The position numbers and the translations under genes are program-made. From the NCBI GenBank assembly GCA_964016885.1, contig OZ024742.1, positions 238,204,001 to 238,268,000 on the forward strand: a stretch of 64,000 nt of DNA, read 5' to 3'. The first letter of the stretch is position 1, and each line of letters starts with the position of its first letter. This document shows positions 41,745 through 54,249 of this stretch, in pieces. The DNA is from Eledone cirrhosa (taxonomy: Eukaryota). Below the pieces are notes generated by a model. The model ran no database searches and was not told the origin of the DNA. It saw only the letters and a program-made list of their open reading frames with translations.

Positions 41745-42554
41745 AAGAAACAGGGGCTGTGTAGTTGGTGGATAAAGTGTATTTATAAATAAGAGGAAGG
41801 CACAAACGGGGGAAGTTTCCCTTCATCAGTTGTTTGCTCTAGAGATCACGGACATTTCTACGCATTAAAGACAATATGTCTAGCTCCAGTGCGTCAATAA
41901 CTAAAGGAAGTTATTGGGGTGGGGGGATATAACAGAAGGGAAAGAAGAAAGAAAAAAGGAAAAAAAAAACGGTAAAAAACATACTGAAGAAGCACGTGTA
42001 GTAGCCACCGAATATATATAGTAATAATAAATGTGAAGACTAAAATCCGGCGAGGGATAAATAAGGATTATTTATGTATATAAAAAAATATATATATAAA
42101 AACCGTAGAGCAAATATTTATATGTACAGATTAATGTTCAAGCAAAGAATCACTCCTTTCAACCTTTTACGGGATATTCTGAAGCTGAGAAAAATCAACC
42201 TGTAGAAAAATCAACCTGTAGAAAAATCAACTTGTAGAAGCAGAAGTAAATGTTTTTAAAAACGTTACAACCGAATGAAAGCAGGAAAATGTTATGTTGG
42301 TTCGTGAAGACATTCTCTGGCGATGGACGAAAAATATGCGAGGATAATTCCGTCATAAAGAAAGCATTATGTGGACCGAGAAGAACAATTTCTTGCAAAG
42401 AAGAAAAAAAACATAAACAACGTTTATGCTATGAAAAAAATCGTTAGACTAATATTCTATTTAGAATAACCGAATGATTTCCAGCTATGAGTTTTGAGAA
42501 TAATGTAAATAAAATAATTAATGAAATTGACTGAAGTTATTAATAATAGTAAAA

Positions 42555-43560
42555 GTAAATAATGATGAGAACATTAAAAGTATTGTTATAGGATTTAAAC
42601 TCGTGTATAAGTATGCGCTGGCCAGCGTAGAAGCATGCGTAAATTGGTATGTTATATAAAACTGTGAATAGGTACACGTACACATGTTAGCGCTCATGCG
42701 TTTGTATGTGTTCGCACAAATGCATACCTACGCTTACACATATACACAAACCTGTGGATAGCGCGGGATCCGCACTTGTTCATTGTCAAAATACCATCAT
42801 CGCGGTAGAGGCGTCCGACTACATTAGGGAATTCCTTCTTTATTGAAAATAATAAGAATTGGCCGATGAGGTCTGTGACCTCCGCCGGCCGAATCGCTGG
42901 CACCCATACTCACGTTAAATGGAGTACTATTTGATTTTTTAAGCCAAATAGAGTTGTCGAAATTTATCACGGAATTACGAGCATTTAAGATGACATCAAT
43001 TTCGAAATCCTTAATCATCGTGAGTGTTTTGGCGAAATTAATAGCTCTAAGAAGAAGTGGTAGGTGATGGAAGAGCAGTAACTATTGATGTCAAATTGGA
43101 TAAAACGGCAATGTTGCTTGTTGCATATGCCATTGATCCAATCAATCACTGAAAGAATTATTCCACAGGGCTAGAGGGGCCATGTCTCTAATTTTTGGTA
43201 TAATCATATCTAAAATTATTTTACCTAGTCTACCTAAATCAGATTTGTAGGGTTAATAAGCCGAATAGATGGGTTGTTAAAGAAATGTGGTTTATATGTG
43301 TGTGTGTATTTGTGTATATGTGTATATCTAGGTATGCATTTGTGCTAGCACATGCAAACGCATGGGCATTAACATGTGAACATGTACGTATGCACATGGG
43401 TATACATATACCCATGTGCATACGTACATGTTCACATGTTAATGCCCATGCGTTTTATATAACATAGCATTTTACGTATGCTTCTACACACACCAGTGCA
43501 TACTTATACACGAGCCTAAATTCTATAACAATACTTTTAATGTTCTCTTCATTATTTACT
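42555..43560 (-). mobile_element. Penelope-like RT fragment bracketed by inverted repeats, with a 100-bp palindrome
   Basis: FIQFDINS, PFNVSMGASDSA/EVTDLIGQFLL and GRLYRDDG (42740-43260); inverted arms ~42555-42643/43471-43560; palindrome 43356-43455. Confidence 0.75.
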
Positions 43561-43567
43561 TCTACTT

Positions 43568-43770
43568 TCTATACATATATATAAAACTGATGTTGTCTGT
43601 GTGTGTGTCCTCGTGTTTACAAAGTCTATACAAATCCACATTTCTACTCCGTTGACTTCAAACTTGCATTTATATATTCCTTGCGGTCTAAAGATATTAA
43701 CTGCAGCTTTTATTTTTCAATTTTCTGTTGCTAAGGGGGTGTTAGGTACCGGTTATCGATCTCCGTCGCG
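43568..43770 (+). mobile_element. 5' fragment of a non-autonomous Helitron
   Basis: tctatacatatatataaaactgatgttgtctgt matches the 5' end of the Helitron at 52514. Confidence 0.5.
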
Positions 43771-43965
43771 CCTTTATAATATATGTCTGTATGTCTGGCT
43801 GTCTGCATAACGACATTGCTGACGTATTATCTTCGCTACATTCACACACACACATATATATACATATATATACATATGCATATATATATATACACATATA
43901 TATACACATATACACATATATATATACATATACACACACATGTATACGCATATACATATATATAT

Positions 43966-44025
<60 letters not shown>

Positions 44026-44108
44026 CGGCGATGAATTAGTTTTGCGAGGTTTTTTATATGAAATCGTGTGTCGAAACAGATATTGTTATATTGACCCTCC
44101 CCAAATAT

Positions 44109-44210
<102 letters not shown>

Positions 44211-44361
44211 ATATACACATATACTCATATATATATATACATATACACACACATGTATACACATATACATACATATATATATATATATACATATACAAAC
44301 ACTTATACATATATATATATATACACATATACTTATATATAAATATACACATAAAAATATA

Positions 44362-44430
44362 TCTATCTATCGCTCTAGGGCGGGTAAAATACCCGAGATC
44401 CATGGACGAGTTCTATCCAGCTTGGGTTTT
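44362..44430 (-). mobile_element. 3' end of a second copy of the young RTE, running into the gap
   Basis: Reverse complement of gaactcgtccatggatctcggg.attttacc.gcc.taga, seen at 49083-49122. Confidence 0.8.
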
Positions 44431-44630
44431 NNNNNNNNNNNNNNNNNNNNNNNNNNNNNNNNNNNNNNNNNNNNNNNNNNNNNNNNNNNNNNNNNNNNNN
44501 NNNNNNNNNNNNNNNNNNNNNNNNNNNNNNNNNNNNNNNNNNNNNNNNNNNNNNNNNNNNNNNNNNNNNNNNNNNNNNNNNNNNNNNNNNNNNNNNNNNN
44601 NNNNNNNNNNNNNNNNNNNNNNNNNNNNNN
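44431..44630. other. Assembly gap (200 N)
   Basis: Run of n. Confidence 1.
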
Positions 44631-44704
44631 GAATGAACTCTGACGTGAACTTACCTCTAAAAACACTTTACGGGCCATGTAAGGAACACTTTTTAGTTAT
44701 TTAT

Positions 44705-44744
44705 GCCCTTGAGAAGCCCATCCCGGCGAAACGTACGTAGGTGC
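44705..44744 (+). ncRNA. Minimal type I hammerhead motif, U3-A8 core
   Basis: gccc-TTGAGAA-gcc catccc ggc-GAAA-cgtacg-TA-ggtgc: G10.1-C11.1 pair, palindromic stem III, GUA triplet. Confidence 0.8.
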
Positions 44745-44860
44745 TATTTTAAATAAACATGTATTAACGGTCTGTTCTCCTATTTCTTACTTTTCCACAT
44801 ATATATATATAATATATATATATACATGTCTCGCTAATATATATTCATATATATTATATA

Positions 44861-45027
44861 TAGAAGTAGTTCCACAACAGTTAGTTCACTATACTGAGGA
44901 TCCGATTAAGGTGAAACATTTGTTCTCCTCGGTACCGTGAACTAACTGTTGTGGAACTACTTCTACCAAACTCGTCCCATGGACTGAGTGTTCTACTAAT
45001 ACGGATATAACCCTCCAGCGTTTTACT
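44861..45027 (+). mobile_element. Fold-back pLTR-like element, family B (opposite orientation) with hammerhead core
   Basis: Arms 44861-44889/44937-44965; CTGAGGA tcc gattaa ggt GAAA catttg TT at 44894 (5' stem I strand lost); ~60-nt right extension homologous to 26174-26224. Confidence 0.8.
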
Positions 45028-45029
45028 AT

Positions 45030-45061
<32 letters not shown>

Positions 45062-45159
45062 TATATAACGAAGGAAATGTGGTAAGGAACCAGGTGGACC
45101 ATAACGCACCAAAGTACTCAATACTTGAGGTAGTAGAGTGGGTAATAGGAACCAGTAAG

Positions 45160-45253
45160 ATCCCGACAGCTGAGCTCAAGCCGTTTCGACGGCTAATTCT
45201 GGACTAAATGAAAATTTATCCTGGTATTTAAATAGCCGATCTTCTCAAGGGGT
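45160..45253 (-). ncRNA. Type I hammerhead motif, U3-A8 core
   Basis: acccc-TTGAGAA-gatcggcta...tagccgtc-GAAA-cggct tgagctc agctg-TC-gggat. Confidence 0.75.
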
Positions 45254-46014
45254 AATTCCATATATGGTCAAAGTGATTGTCAAAAATCAGTAGTAATTCT
45301 GTGGTTGCAAATTAGTAGGGGAGATGGTGGCTAAACCTGCCAGTAGGAGAAAGAGGGAGAGTTAGCATTAGTATATATTTTTCTCGGGACTCAGAATTAT
45401 TATCTCGTATTAGTTCACTTTGCTGCACTGGGTGGTTGCTGGAATTGTGCCCGGGATGGAAACCTTTATTGTTTATTTCGTGGTAGTCTCTTTAGTATTT
45501 TGGCCCCTTTTGTTGACCCGTCACCGTATCATTTACGTACTTATACCTCTTAAAAGGGTCCTCGCCTATTCCGTCCCACCTAGTTCTTTTACTTATTTCG
45601 TTATTTCTTTATTTCTTTCTTTACTTCTTTCTTTCTTTATTTATTTATTTATTCTAGACTAACAATAGCTAGAGACCTAGGTCGTAGAATTTAATTTACT
45701 TTAATTTTTTCTTTACACTCATTTGTTTCTCTTTACACTTATTTGCTTTTCTTCACTCTCAGTATTTTTTCTTTCCTATATATTTCTACCCTCCATTGTT
45801 CTACCTACCGTTCCGACTTCCTCCCCCTCCCCCTCCCCTGTATCTTCTTTGACCTCATGCCCAGCTGTAGCTGGCACTACAAACGCTTGATTGGGGCTAC
45901 TCCACCCCTCCCCTCTTTCTCCTACTGGCAGGTTTAGCCACCATCTCCCCTACTAATTTGCAACCACAGAATTACTACTGATTTTTGACAATCACTTTGA
46001 CCATATATGGAATT

Positions 46015-46108
46015 ACCCCTTGAGAAGATCGGCTATTTAAATACCAGCATACATTTTCATTTAGTCCAGAATTAGCCGTCGAAACGGCTTGGGCTCAGCT
46101 GTCGGGGT
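46015..46108 (+). ncRNA. Type I hammerhead motif, U3-A8 core
   Basis: acccc-TTGAGAA-gatcggcta...tagccgtc-GAAA-cggct tgggctc agctg-TC-ggggt; all three stems pair. Confidence 0.8.
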
Positions 46109-46118
46109 CTTACTGGTT

Positions 46119-46196
<78 letters not shown>

Positions 46197-46279
46197 TTTG
46201 AAGAACAGTCAGACAAAATCTATCCAATTCTTTTCCTCCTTATGAATTTATATATATATATTATATATATATTAGCGAC

Positions 46280-46334
46280 ACATGTCATGTTTCGGCAGTT
46301 TGGTCAGCTTAGTAAAACGAGCTTCATCAGATGT
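46280..46334 (-). ncRNA. Degenerate hammerhead motif
   Basis: acat-CTGATGA-agc...gcc-GAAA-catg-AC-atgt; U16.1 is mutated. Confidence 0.4.
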
Positions 46335-46796
46335 AAGTACATGAATATCGACCAACAATTTACTCGATTATATACACTTGTTATTTGCCGTCACCAGTAA
46401 ATATTTCTTCTGTTTTGTTTTGTATCTTCCACAATTTCCCATATATGATTATCATTTGAGACCTCTACTCTACTTCTAAATTCCTACACTTCCTATAACT
46501 AAAATTACCGAACTAAAATCTCTAACATATCATTTTCTTTTTTGATAACCATCCACTGATTATTATGTAAATATAGATATAAAATCAATAGCTTGCCCCT
46601 ACAGTTCGATATTGTTGCATTTAGTTATCTGTGTGTACTTGATAATCATATCGATTCTCTTAGAAAATATTACTTTTATAATGTCTTGCGTTATATTCAC
46701 ATATATTTTCTCAAGCTACAAATGCACGTACATTTGTATACTTGATCCATGTAGCTAGCAAGCTGCCTATCTATCTGTCCATTTGTCTCTTTCTCT

Positions 46797-46865
<69 letters not shown>

Positions 46866-46868
<3 letters not shown>

Positions 46869-49122
46869 TTCTGAACACGGAACCATACAGCTATTTCAGT
46901 ACACTGGGTAGTGACCACCGGCTTGTTATGAGTGAGGTCCGCGTGAGCTTAAGAAAGAGCAAGGCTCAGCCCCGGAGAACAATCTATGACTGGGGAGCTT
47001 TCAAGGAAGATGATAAGCTACAGGAGAGGTTCACAGTGGAAGTGAGAAACAGGTTTAGTGCTCTGTGTGGAGAGTCAGAGGAGAGAGAGATTGGATGGAC
47101 TGAGGAGAGTGTGACGAGGAGGTACGGGCACTTCACCAATGCAGTGGCGAAAGCAAGTGAAACCCTGGTGCCGAGGAAAAAGAACAAAGGGGAGCACGTC
47201 AGCTCTGCAAACCCAAAAGTGTGTGCAGCCAGAAAACACCTGAAAGCTGCCAGGGACCAATTCTATGCTGATCCTACGGAGGAGAGGATGGAGACTGTGG
47301 GGGTGATGAGGGAAGAGCTCTGTACCGCTTACACTGAGGTCAGAGAGGAGGCACTGATAGAGAAGATCAGAAGTGTGGAGAGAGCGGTTGACAGATCTGG
47401 ATGTAAGGAGAGCTGGATGATCATCAACGAGATCACAGGGAGGAAGAAAAGGTGTTCGAGTCAGATCCAGGGAACGGGGCCCGAGGATAGGAAGAGGAAA
47501 TGGCTAGACCATTTTAGGACCCTACTAGGAGAGCCACCCACCACAGCCCAGAGCACTGGGGAGATCAGGCGGCTGTTTGGGGAACTGGATGTTGAGACAG
47601 AGCCCTTCACCAGAGAGGAGCTTCAGAGAGCCAAGAAGAAGATCAAGGAGGGCAAGGCTCATGGAGAAGATGGAGTGGCATCAGAGGTGATGAAGAGGTG
47701 TGATTTTGATGATATCATCCTGGGGTTCTGTAACGGGGCACTGGAGAAAGGAGTTGCCCCGAATCAGTGGAGGATCAGTAACATCGTCCCAGTGCCAAAG
47801 AAGGGAGATCTCTCTAACACCAACAACTACCGGGGGATCTCACTGACGTCACTTGTGGCAAAGACCCTCAACAGGATGATTCTTAACAGGATCCAGCCTG
47901 AGATGGAGAAGAAGCTCAGGGACAACCAGAACGGCTTCAGAGAGGGTAGATCAACCACCAGTCACATCCTGATGCTGAGGAGGATATTAGAGGGAGCTAG
48001 AGCAAAGTGCCTTCCTGCGGTCATGGTTTTCATTGACTTTAGGAAGGCCTTTGATTCTGTGGACCGTTACTGCCTGATGAAGATCTTACAGGCTTATGGA
48101 ATCCCCAAGAGGATAGTGGACCTGATATCACTGCTCTACACCAACACCAAAGCCCAAGTCATTACACCTGATGGGAGAACAGAGTTCTTTGAGATACTGC
48201 CTGGAGTGCTCCAGGGAGATACATTGGCTCCCTACCTTTTTATCATCGTAGTGGACTATTGTATGCGCCTTGCACTGGAGAAACACCAGGACTCTGGCTT
48301 TACTGTAGCACCGGCTCAGAGCAGGAGAGTTCGGGCGAAAAAGGTATCGGATGCTGAATTTGCCGACGACATAGTTTTGGTGACAAATACAGTGAAGGAG
48401 GCAGAGGATTTGATGCGGGAGGTTGAGACTGTGTCGATGAGTGTGGGGCTGAGAATGAATGAGACTAAAACAAAATATCTGGTAGAGAATGTTGAGAAGC
48501 CAGAGGGGATCACTAATGTAGGCGGGAAGCCGCTGGAATTGGTTGAGGACTTCCTGTATTTGGGAGCAAAGATTGGGAATACGGAAGATGATGTGGTTGA
48601 GAGGAAGAGCAAGGCCTGGGCGGCGTGTCACAGCTTGGGATCGGTGTGGAAGTCGGACCTTCGTAGAGACCTGAAGGTCCGCCTCTTCATTGCTGTAGTG
48701 GAGTCTGTGCTGCTGTGTGGGTCTGAGACTTGGACACTGACCAAGAGACTCACTCAGATGGTGGATGGGTGCTACACGAGAATGCTGAGGATGGCTCTGA
48801 ACATTAATCAGTATACACTGAGGATGAAAAACTCAGAGCTGTATGGGAGCATCCCAAAAGTCAGCTCAAAAGTGACACAGAGAAGATTGAGGTTGGCTGG
48901 ACATGCTCACCGACATCCAGAGTTGACATTGCACTCAGTGCTCCTTTGGGATCCCCTACATGGACACACTAGAAGAGGAAGACCAAGGTTAACATATGTT
49001 GATGCCCTAAGGACAGACACTGACTGGTCTGTTGGAGATGCAGGATATGGCAGCGATAATGAGGGACAGAGACCGCTGGAGAGAACTCGTCCATGGATCT
49101 CGGGAATTTTACCTGCCTTAGA
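46866..49122 (+). mobile_element. Young 5'-truncated RTE-clade LINE in (TA)n
   Basis: Begins inside the APE domain (in-frame LGSDHRLV just upstream of 46928) and ends in an (ATAG)/(AT)n tail. Confidence 0.92.
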
Positions 49123-49123
49123 T

Positions 49124-49167
<44 letters not shown>

Positions 49168-49213
49168 GATATTAATAAATGGAAACTATATTTATAAAAC
49201 CATATTTATTTAA
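46928..49213 (+). CDS. RTE reverse transcriptase ORF (truncated; C-terminus frameshifted near 49020)
   Basis: NYRGISL, QNGFREGRST, FIDFRKAFDSV, GVLQGDTLAPYLF, FADD, FLYLG, GSETW, RLAGH. Confidence 0.88.
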
Positions 49214-49271
49214 TTATATATATTTCAAGGATACCAAGTTACATTATGGTATGCCTTCATCAGACAAAATA
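49207..49271 (-). ncRNA. Type I hammerhead motif (family C)
   Basis: tattttgt-CTGATGA-aggcatacc...ggtatcctt-GAAA-tatata-TA-attaaata. Confidence 0.75.
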
Positions 49272-49654
49272 CAATATATAACAGTTTTATAAATAGACAT
49301 TGACGTACCCCTTTTAAAAATTGACCGTTGTTTTTGGAGGCCATGCAAACGAATCGAATGTTATTATTAATATTCGAAAAACTCAGATTACATTTATTGT
49401 GTTCAGCCATGTAGAGCGAAATTTTCTTTTTTTATTTGAATTTGGCAAAGCCGGCCATTTATCGCTCGTATACAGGAAACTGACTGGCCAGTCTGCTGAT
49501 ATACAAATTTGGCTGATCAGTGGATCTGCTAATATGCATATCTGATTAATCAATCAGTCTGCTAATATGCAAATCAGGCCGATCAGTCACTGTGCATTTT
49601 TGAAAATAGCATATATTTTCACTAGCTCTGACAGTTTGGCAGGTAAACAGTGAG

Positions 49655-49698
49655 CTGTACTGATGAAGGGTGATACCCAGAAACATTAGTGCCTGCAG
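49655..49698 (+). ncRNA. Degenerate minimal hammerhead motif
   Basis: ctgta-CTGATGA-aggg tgata ccca-GAAA-cattagtg-CC-tgcag; U16.1 changed to C. Confidence 0.5.
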
Positions 49699-49807
49699 AT
49701 CTGTTCGCTTGCCAACATAAGAGCAAGAATGAAATGTTCATTCTACTGACAGGGCTATAAAATTGAGGCTTGTTTGCATAATTGCATAATTGCAAACGAA
49801 TCGAATG

Positions 49808-49991
49808 TTTGGCAGTATCGGTAGAGGGTCGGGCGCCATGCTTTGCAGCACATTTACGTCCCTTTACGAACTGAGTTCAAATCCCGCCGAGGTTAACTTT
49901 GCCTTTCATCCTTACGGGGTCGATAAAATAAAGTACCAGTAATACACTGGGATAATTGCTGGCCTTGTACCAAAAGTAGAAACAATTATTA
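49808..49991 (+). mobile_element. SINE S1 inserted in a locally duplicated segment
   Basis: The flanks rejoin into the uninterrupted sequence seen at 49345-49398. Confidence 0.85.
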
Positions 49992-50026
49992 ATATTCGAA
50001 AAACTCAAATTACATTTATATATATA

Positions 50027-51245
50027 CTAGCATTAAAGCCCGGCGTTGCTCGGGGTCAGTAAGTTACCAAAGTTAGGTTGCACCACCCATTTTATGGTAG
50101 CACTTTTTTGTCTGCCAGGCACTGGGTGAATGAATTGCAGACCTGGACTGCCGAAGCAGGAGCTGCGCCAGCAGTGACAATTGTAGTTCCGCCTATGGAT
50201 ATTATCTCTGTACAAAGAAGTGTTGAAATTTATTGTTTCACAGTACTTGCGCAACACGTGCGGAGACGATGCCAGCCGAACAACAGTGCTGCGATGGAGT
50301 TGTTCTGCATGGTTGTCTAATGTGTGTTTTCTAAATTTAAGACAGTAGGGAGGGGTGTGATATGGGGGAGAGTTAGCTGCTGTTTCTAGCAGGTTTAGTG
50401 ACCTCATAGAGGATATGTGTTTTCTAAATTTAAGACAGTAGGGAGTGGTGTGATATGGGGGAGAGTTAGCTGCTGTTTCTAGTAAGTTTAGTGACTTTAT
50501 AGAGGATATGTTTTCTAAATTTAAGACAGTGTAATATGGGGTGTAATATGGGGTGGAGTTAGCTGCTGTATCTAGTAGGTTTAGTGACCTCATAGAGGAT
50601 ATGTTTTCTAAATTTAAGACAGTAGGGAGTGGTGTGATATGGGGGAGAGTTAGCTGCTGTTTCTAGCAGGTTTAATGACCTCATAGAGGATATTATTGTG
50701 TATAGTAAATAAACTGATATTTTTTTCTATCACGTTCGTTGAGAGGTTTTAAAAAAGATTTATCGCTTTTTTTTTGTTGTTGAATAAATTTATCTGTTGC
50801 TTTTGAACAATTATTGTTTCGTATGAAATGTAATAAGTTCTCTTTGTCGTTGAAGTAAATAAATGTTTGACCGTTCCACACTAAAAAACAAACGTTCTCT
50901 CTCTATCTCTCCCTCTCACTCTCTTCTCTCTCTCTTCGACGTTCCTAAAGGAAGTTTGTAAGTTTAAGTGTATATAAGAGAAAATTGCAGCATGTATGTA
51001 GTTTTATCGAATGTTAAGGGGAAATCAGATTGTATTAGAGGGGTAAAGCGTCATGTATTTAGTTTTATCGATTATTTCCGTAATTCTGGGGGAGTTTGAA
51101 TGGAATAAATAGTTGTTCACCTAAGTTAGACCATTTACAACATTCTTACAGACTTTGAGTCGAATCGGTTTGAAATTGTGCAAATGTATAAACATGGAAC
51201 ATGCACACACACACACAACAACAACAACAATCTGCCTTTTATAGA
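50027..51245 (-). mobile_element. Non-autonomous Helitron H2
   Basis: Minus strand A|TCtataaaa...(TG) tract...hairpin cccgagcaacgccggg...CTAG|T. Confidence 0.8.
50325..50692. repeat. ~88-bp minisatellite (about 4 units) inside H2
   Basis: Unit tgttttctaaatttaagacagt...gagttagctgctgtttctag...catagaggata. Confidence 0.95.
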
Positions 51246-51248
51246 TAA

Positions 51249-52514
51249 CTAGCAGTAAAGCCCGGCGTTGCTCGGGGTCGCTCAGTAGCTGTGTTAAAGA
51301 TACAATGTTAAGTTTCTTTTTTTGCTTAAAAACTGTAGTGTCTACTGTGCAGACTTGCATGTGGTGTTTTTGATTAATATTCCCTCAACCAACAATATGC
51401 CTTATGAAGTTAAGAAAACATAACGATAACCCGAATGTTATAACAAAAGAGGATGCTGGGGATAAAAACTGCACTGGTTATTTATTAACAAAGATCGAAA
51501 ATGTAAACACTGCAACGCAGAGAAAAACATTAGCGTAACCAAATTATCAGTTATGTCTGTCTGCACGCCTATATCACCTCTCTGCACGACTGTCTGTCTG
51601 CACGCCTATATCACCTCTCTGCACGACTGTCTGTCTGCACGCCTATATCAACTCTCTGCACGACTGTCTGTCTGCACGCCTATATCACCTCTCTGCACGA
51701 CTGTCTGTCTGCACGCCTATATCACCTCTCTGCACGACTGTCTGTCTGCACGCCTATATCACCTCTCTGCACGACTGTCTGTCTGCACGACTGTCTGTCT
51801 GCACGCCTATATCACCTCTCTGCACGACTGTCTGTCTGCACGACTGTCTGTCTGCACGCCTAACGAAATTTACAGATACATATATTTTAAATAAACTTAT
51901 ATAATTTTTGCTTTTTTTTACGAAATATTTACTTGTTTTACGTAGTCTTTAAATAGACTTGTTTTCAAGTAAAAATATTGTTTTAAAAGGCTTTTAAATG
52001 GAAATGAAGCAAAACGGAAGCTTAGTGTTCGAACTGATGAATTTTGCAGGTCAAAATTTGCTGGCTCGACAACTGTTCGTGTATTGTGTTAATGTCATTT
52101 TAAACGCTGAGAAAGCCAGCGTAATTTTTTTAATTTTTGCCAGCGTAATTTTTTTAATTTTTGCACGCAGAAAATGTAAACAGAACGTAAGACGCTACGC
52201 TGAATGTAAACAGAACAAAGGGAAATCATTTTTTTAATTTTTGCACGCAGAAAATGTAAAGAGAACGTAAGACGTTACGCTGAAAGTAAACAGAACAAAG
52301 GGAAATAACTGATCACTTACGCTCAAAAATTGATACATTATATTCGATTTCGTCAGATAGGGCGGGTCAATTTGAAATATTTTTTTCCGATGTCTTCGCT
52401 AGGGCTCAATGTACAAGTATAGCAATTTCGGTGCAATTCCGTGAGAGATTCTAAGAGGAGATGTGTGCCAAAAATCGATAGACAGACAGACAACCTCAGT
52501 TTTATATATATAGA
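51249..52514 (-). mobile_element. Non-autonomous Helitron H1
   Basis: Minus strand A|TCtatatatataaaactgagg(ttgtctgtc)...same hairpin cccgagcaacgccggg...CTAG|T. Confidence 0.8.
51554..51861. repeat. 37-bp minisatellite inside H1
   Basis: Unit tgtctgtctgcacgcctatatcacctctctgcacgac, about 8 copies including truncated ones. Confidence 0.95.
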
Positions 52515-52536
52515 TGATATATATATATAATATATG

Positions 52537-52655
<119 letters not shown>

Positions 52656-53295
52656 ATATTGTTATACTTGGGGAGGGTCATATTTGTGTAATATTGCCAG
52701 AATTAATAACAGAACACACTCACTGTTTGGCTGGTTTTCGCTTCTCGCTTCTGTGTCTTTTATATCGGTAATCTAACTTACTCGGTCCTCAATGTTGCCA
52801 TTGACTGACCGACGGTCAAAAATAATACAGATACAATATAGACACAAACACATATATATAGTTTATCATAGATCTTTCGTTGCACATCTGCAACATCATC
52901 AGTGGTGTTATCGTTTCCTCCTGTTGTATTATATGTCTACGCCATTTTTATTCAGTCTGTCTATATATATATGGGTATGTGTGTGTGTTTGTGTGCATGT
53001 GTGTACTTTTATTCCTTTACTCTGTTTCTGTTTTCAATTATTAGATTGTGGCTACAAAGTTACCACCATGATTTATTGGTTATATCAAGCCAGTACATAT
53101 TTTTGCAAGTTTAGTACCTATTTTATCAATCACGCTTTTTCTGAAACCACTGAGTTACGGGATATAAACACAGGCATAGAAACTCTCATGGGATTTGTCA
53201 ACCAATAGATATAAGATACTTGCCCATGGTGACACGCAGTGGGAGTGAACATAGAACATGTGTATGTGAAGCAAACTTTTTAACCACACACACAA

Positions 53296-53450
<155 letters not shown>

Positions 53451-53724
53451 TCACCTATTCCTAATAAAATACAATGCCTCTTGTTTTCGAATAATTTTGA
53501 AAATAAAAATTTGAAGAATTTGAAGTAATATAACTTGAACTTTCTTATTATTGAATTGGTGTTTGGAATATAATTTAATAAGGTTCTTACATAAATTAAT
53601 GATGGAATATATTTAGATAAATAAAATAAACAGCTTTGCATTGTTGAACCAGGGACAGTTTAGGGCAGTTTAGTATCAAAAGAGTTAACGAAGGAAAGAT
53701 TCAATAGTTACAGTCAATGTAATA

Positions 53725-54025
53725 TAATTGTTTCTACTATTGGCACAAGGCCAGCAATTACCCAGTACATTACTGGTACTTTATTTTATCGACCCCGTAA
53801 GGATGAAAGACAAAGTTAACCTCGGCGGGATTTGAACTCAGAATGGCAAGGGCCGTAACTTTATGCGTCAAAGCATGGTGTCCGACCCATGTAATATAAT
53901 TGTTTCTACTTTTGGCACAAGGCCAGCAATTACCCAGTACAATCCTGGTACTTTATTTTATCGACCCCGTAAGGATGAAAAGCAAAGTTAACCTCGGCGG
54001 GATTTGAACTCAGATCGTAATAGGC
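53725..54025 (-). mobile_element. Two tandem SINE S1 copies
   Basis: S1 reverse complement at ~53725-53888 and ~53896-54025. Confidence 0.8.
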
Positions 54026-54249
54026 CCATGTAATGTAATGTGTATTAATAATAGTATTTGCCTTCTGCGAGACTTGAAATACTAGCAGATGGCCTTTTAC
54101 AATTATGATAATCTAATACTTATTTCCAGTAGTATACACGTAGTATGCACTAAACAAACATATCAGTTGGTGTATCATAATGCATAAGATTGTTAAACAA
54201 TAAAAGATATTGTGAGACAGAGTTAAATCCATCTAAATCCATCAGGATT

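Larger units (their letters stand above)
45067..46120. mobile_element. Family A element with 213-bp inverted arms and a 550-bp spacer
   Basis: Arms 45145-45357/45911-46123, ~80-nt left extension, (TA)n flanks, a complete hammerhead in each arm. Confidence 0.85.

Noticed and set aside
44367-44740. ORFs spanning 44.4-44.7 kb
   Set aside because: Artefacts of the N gap.
51554-51861. CRISPR-like 37-bp repeats
   Set aside because: Head-to-tail units without unique spacers, inside a eukaryotic Helitron, with no cas genes.
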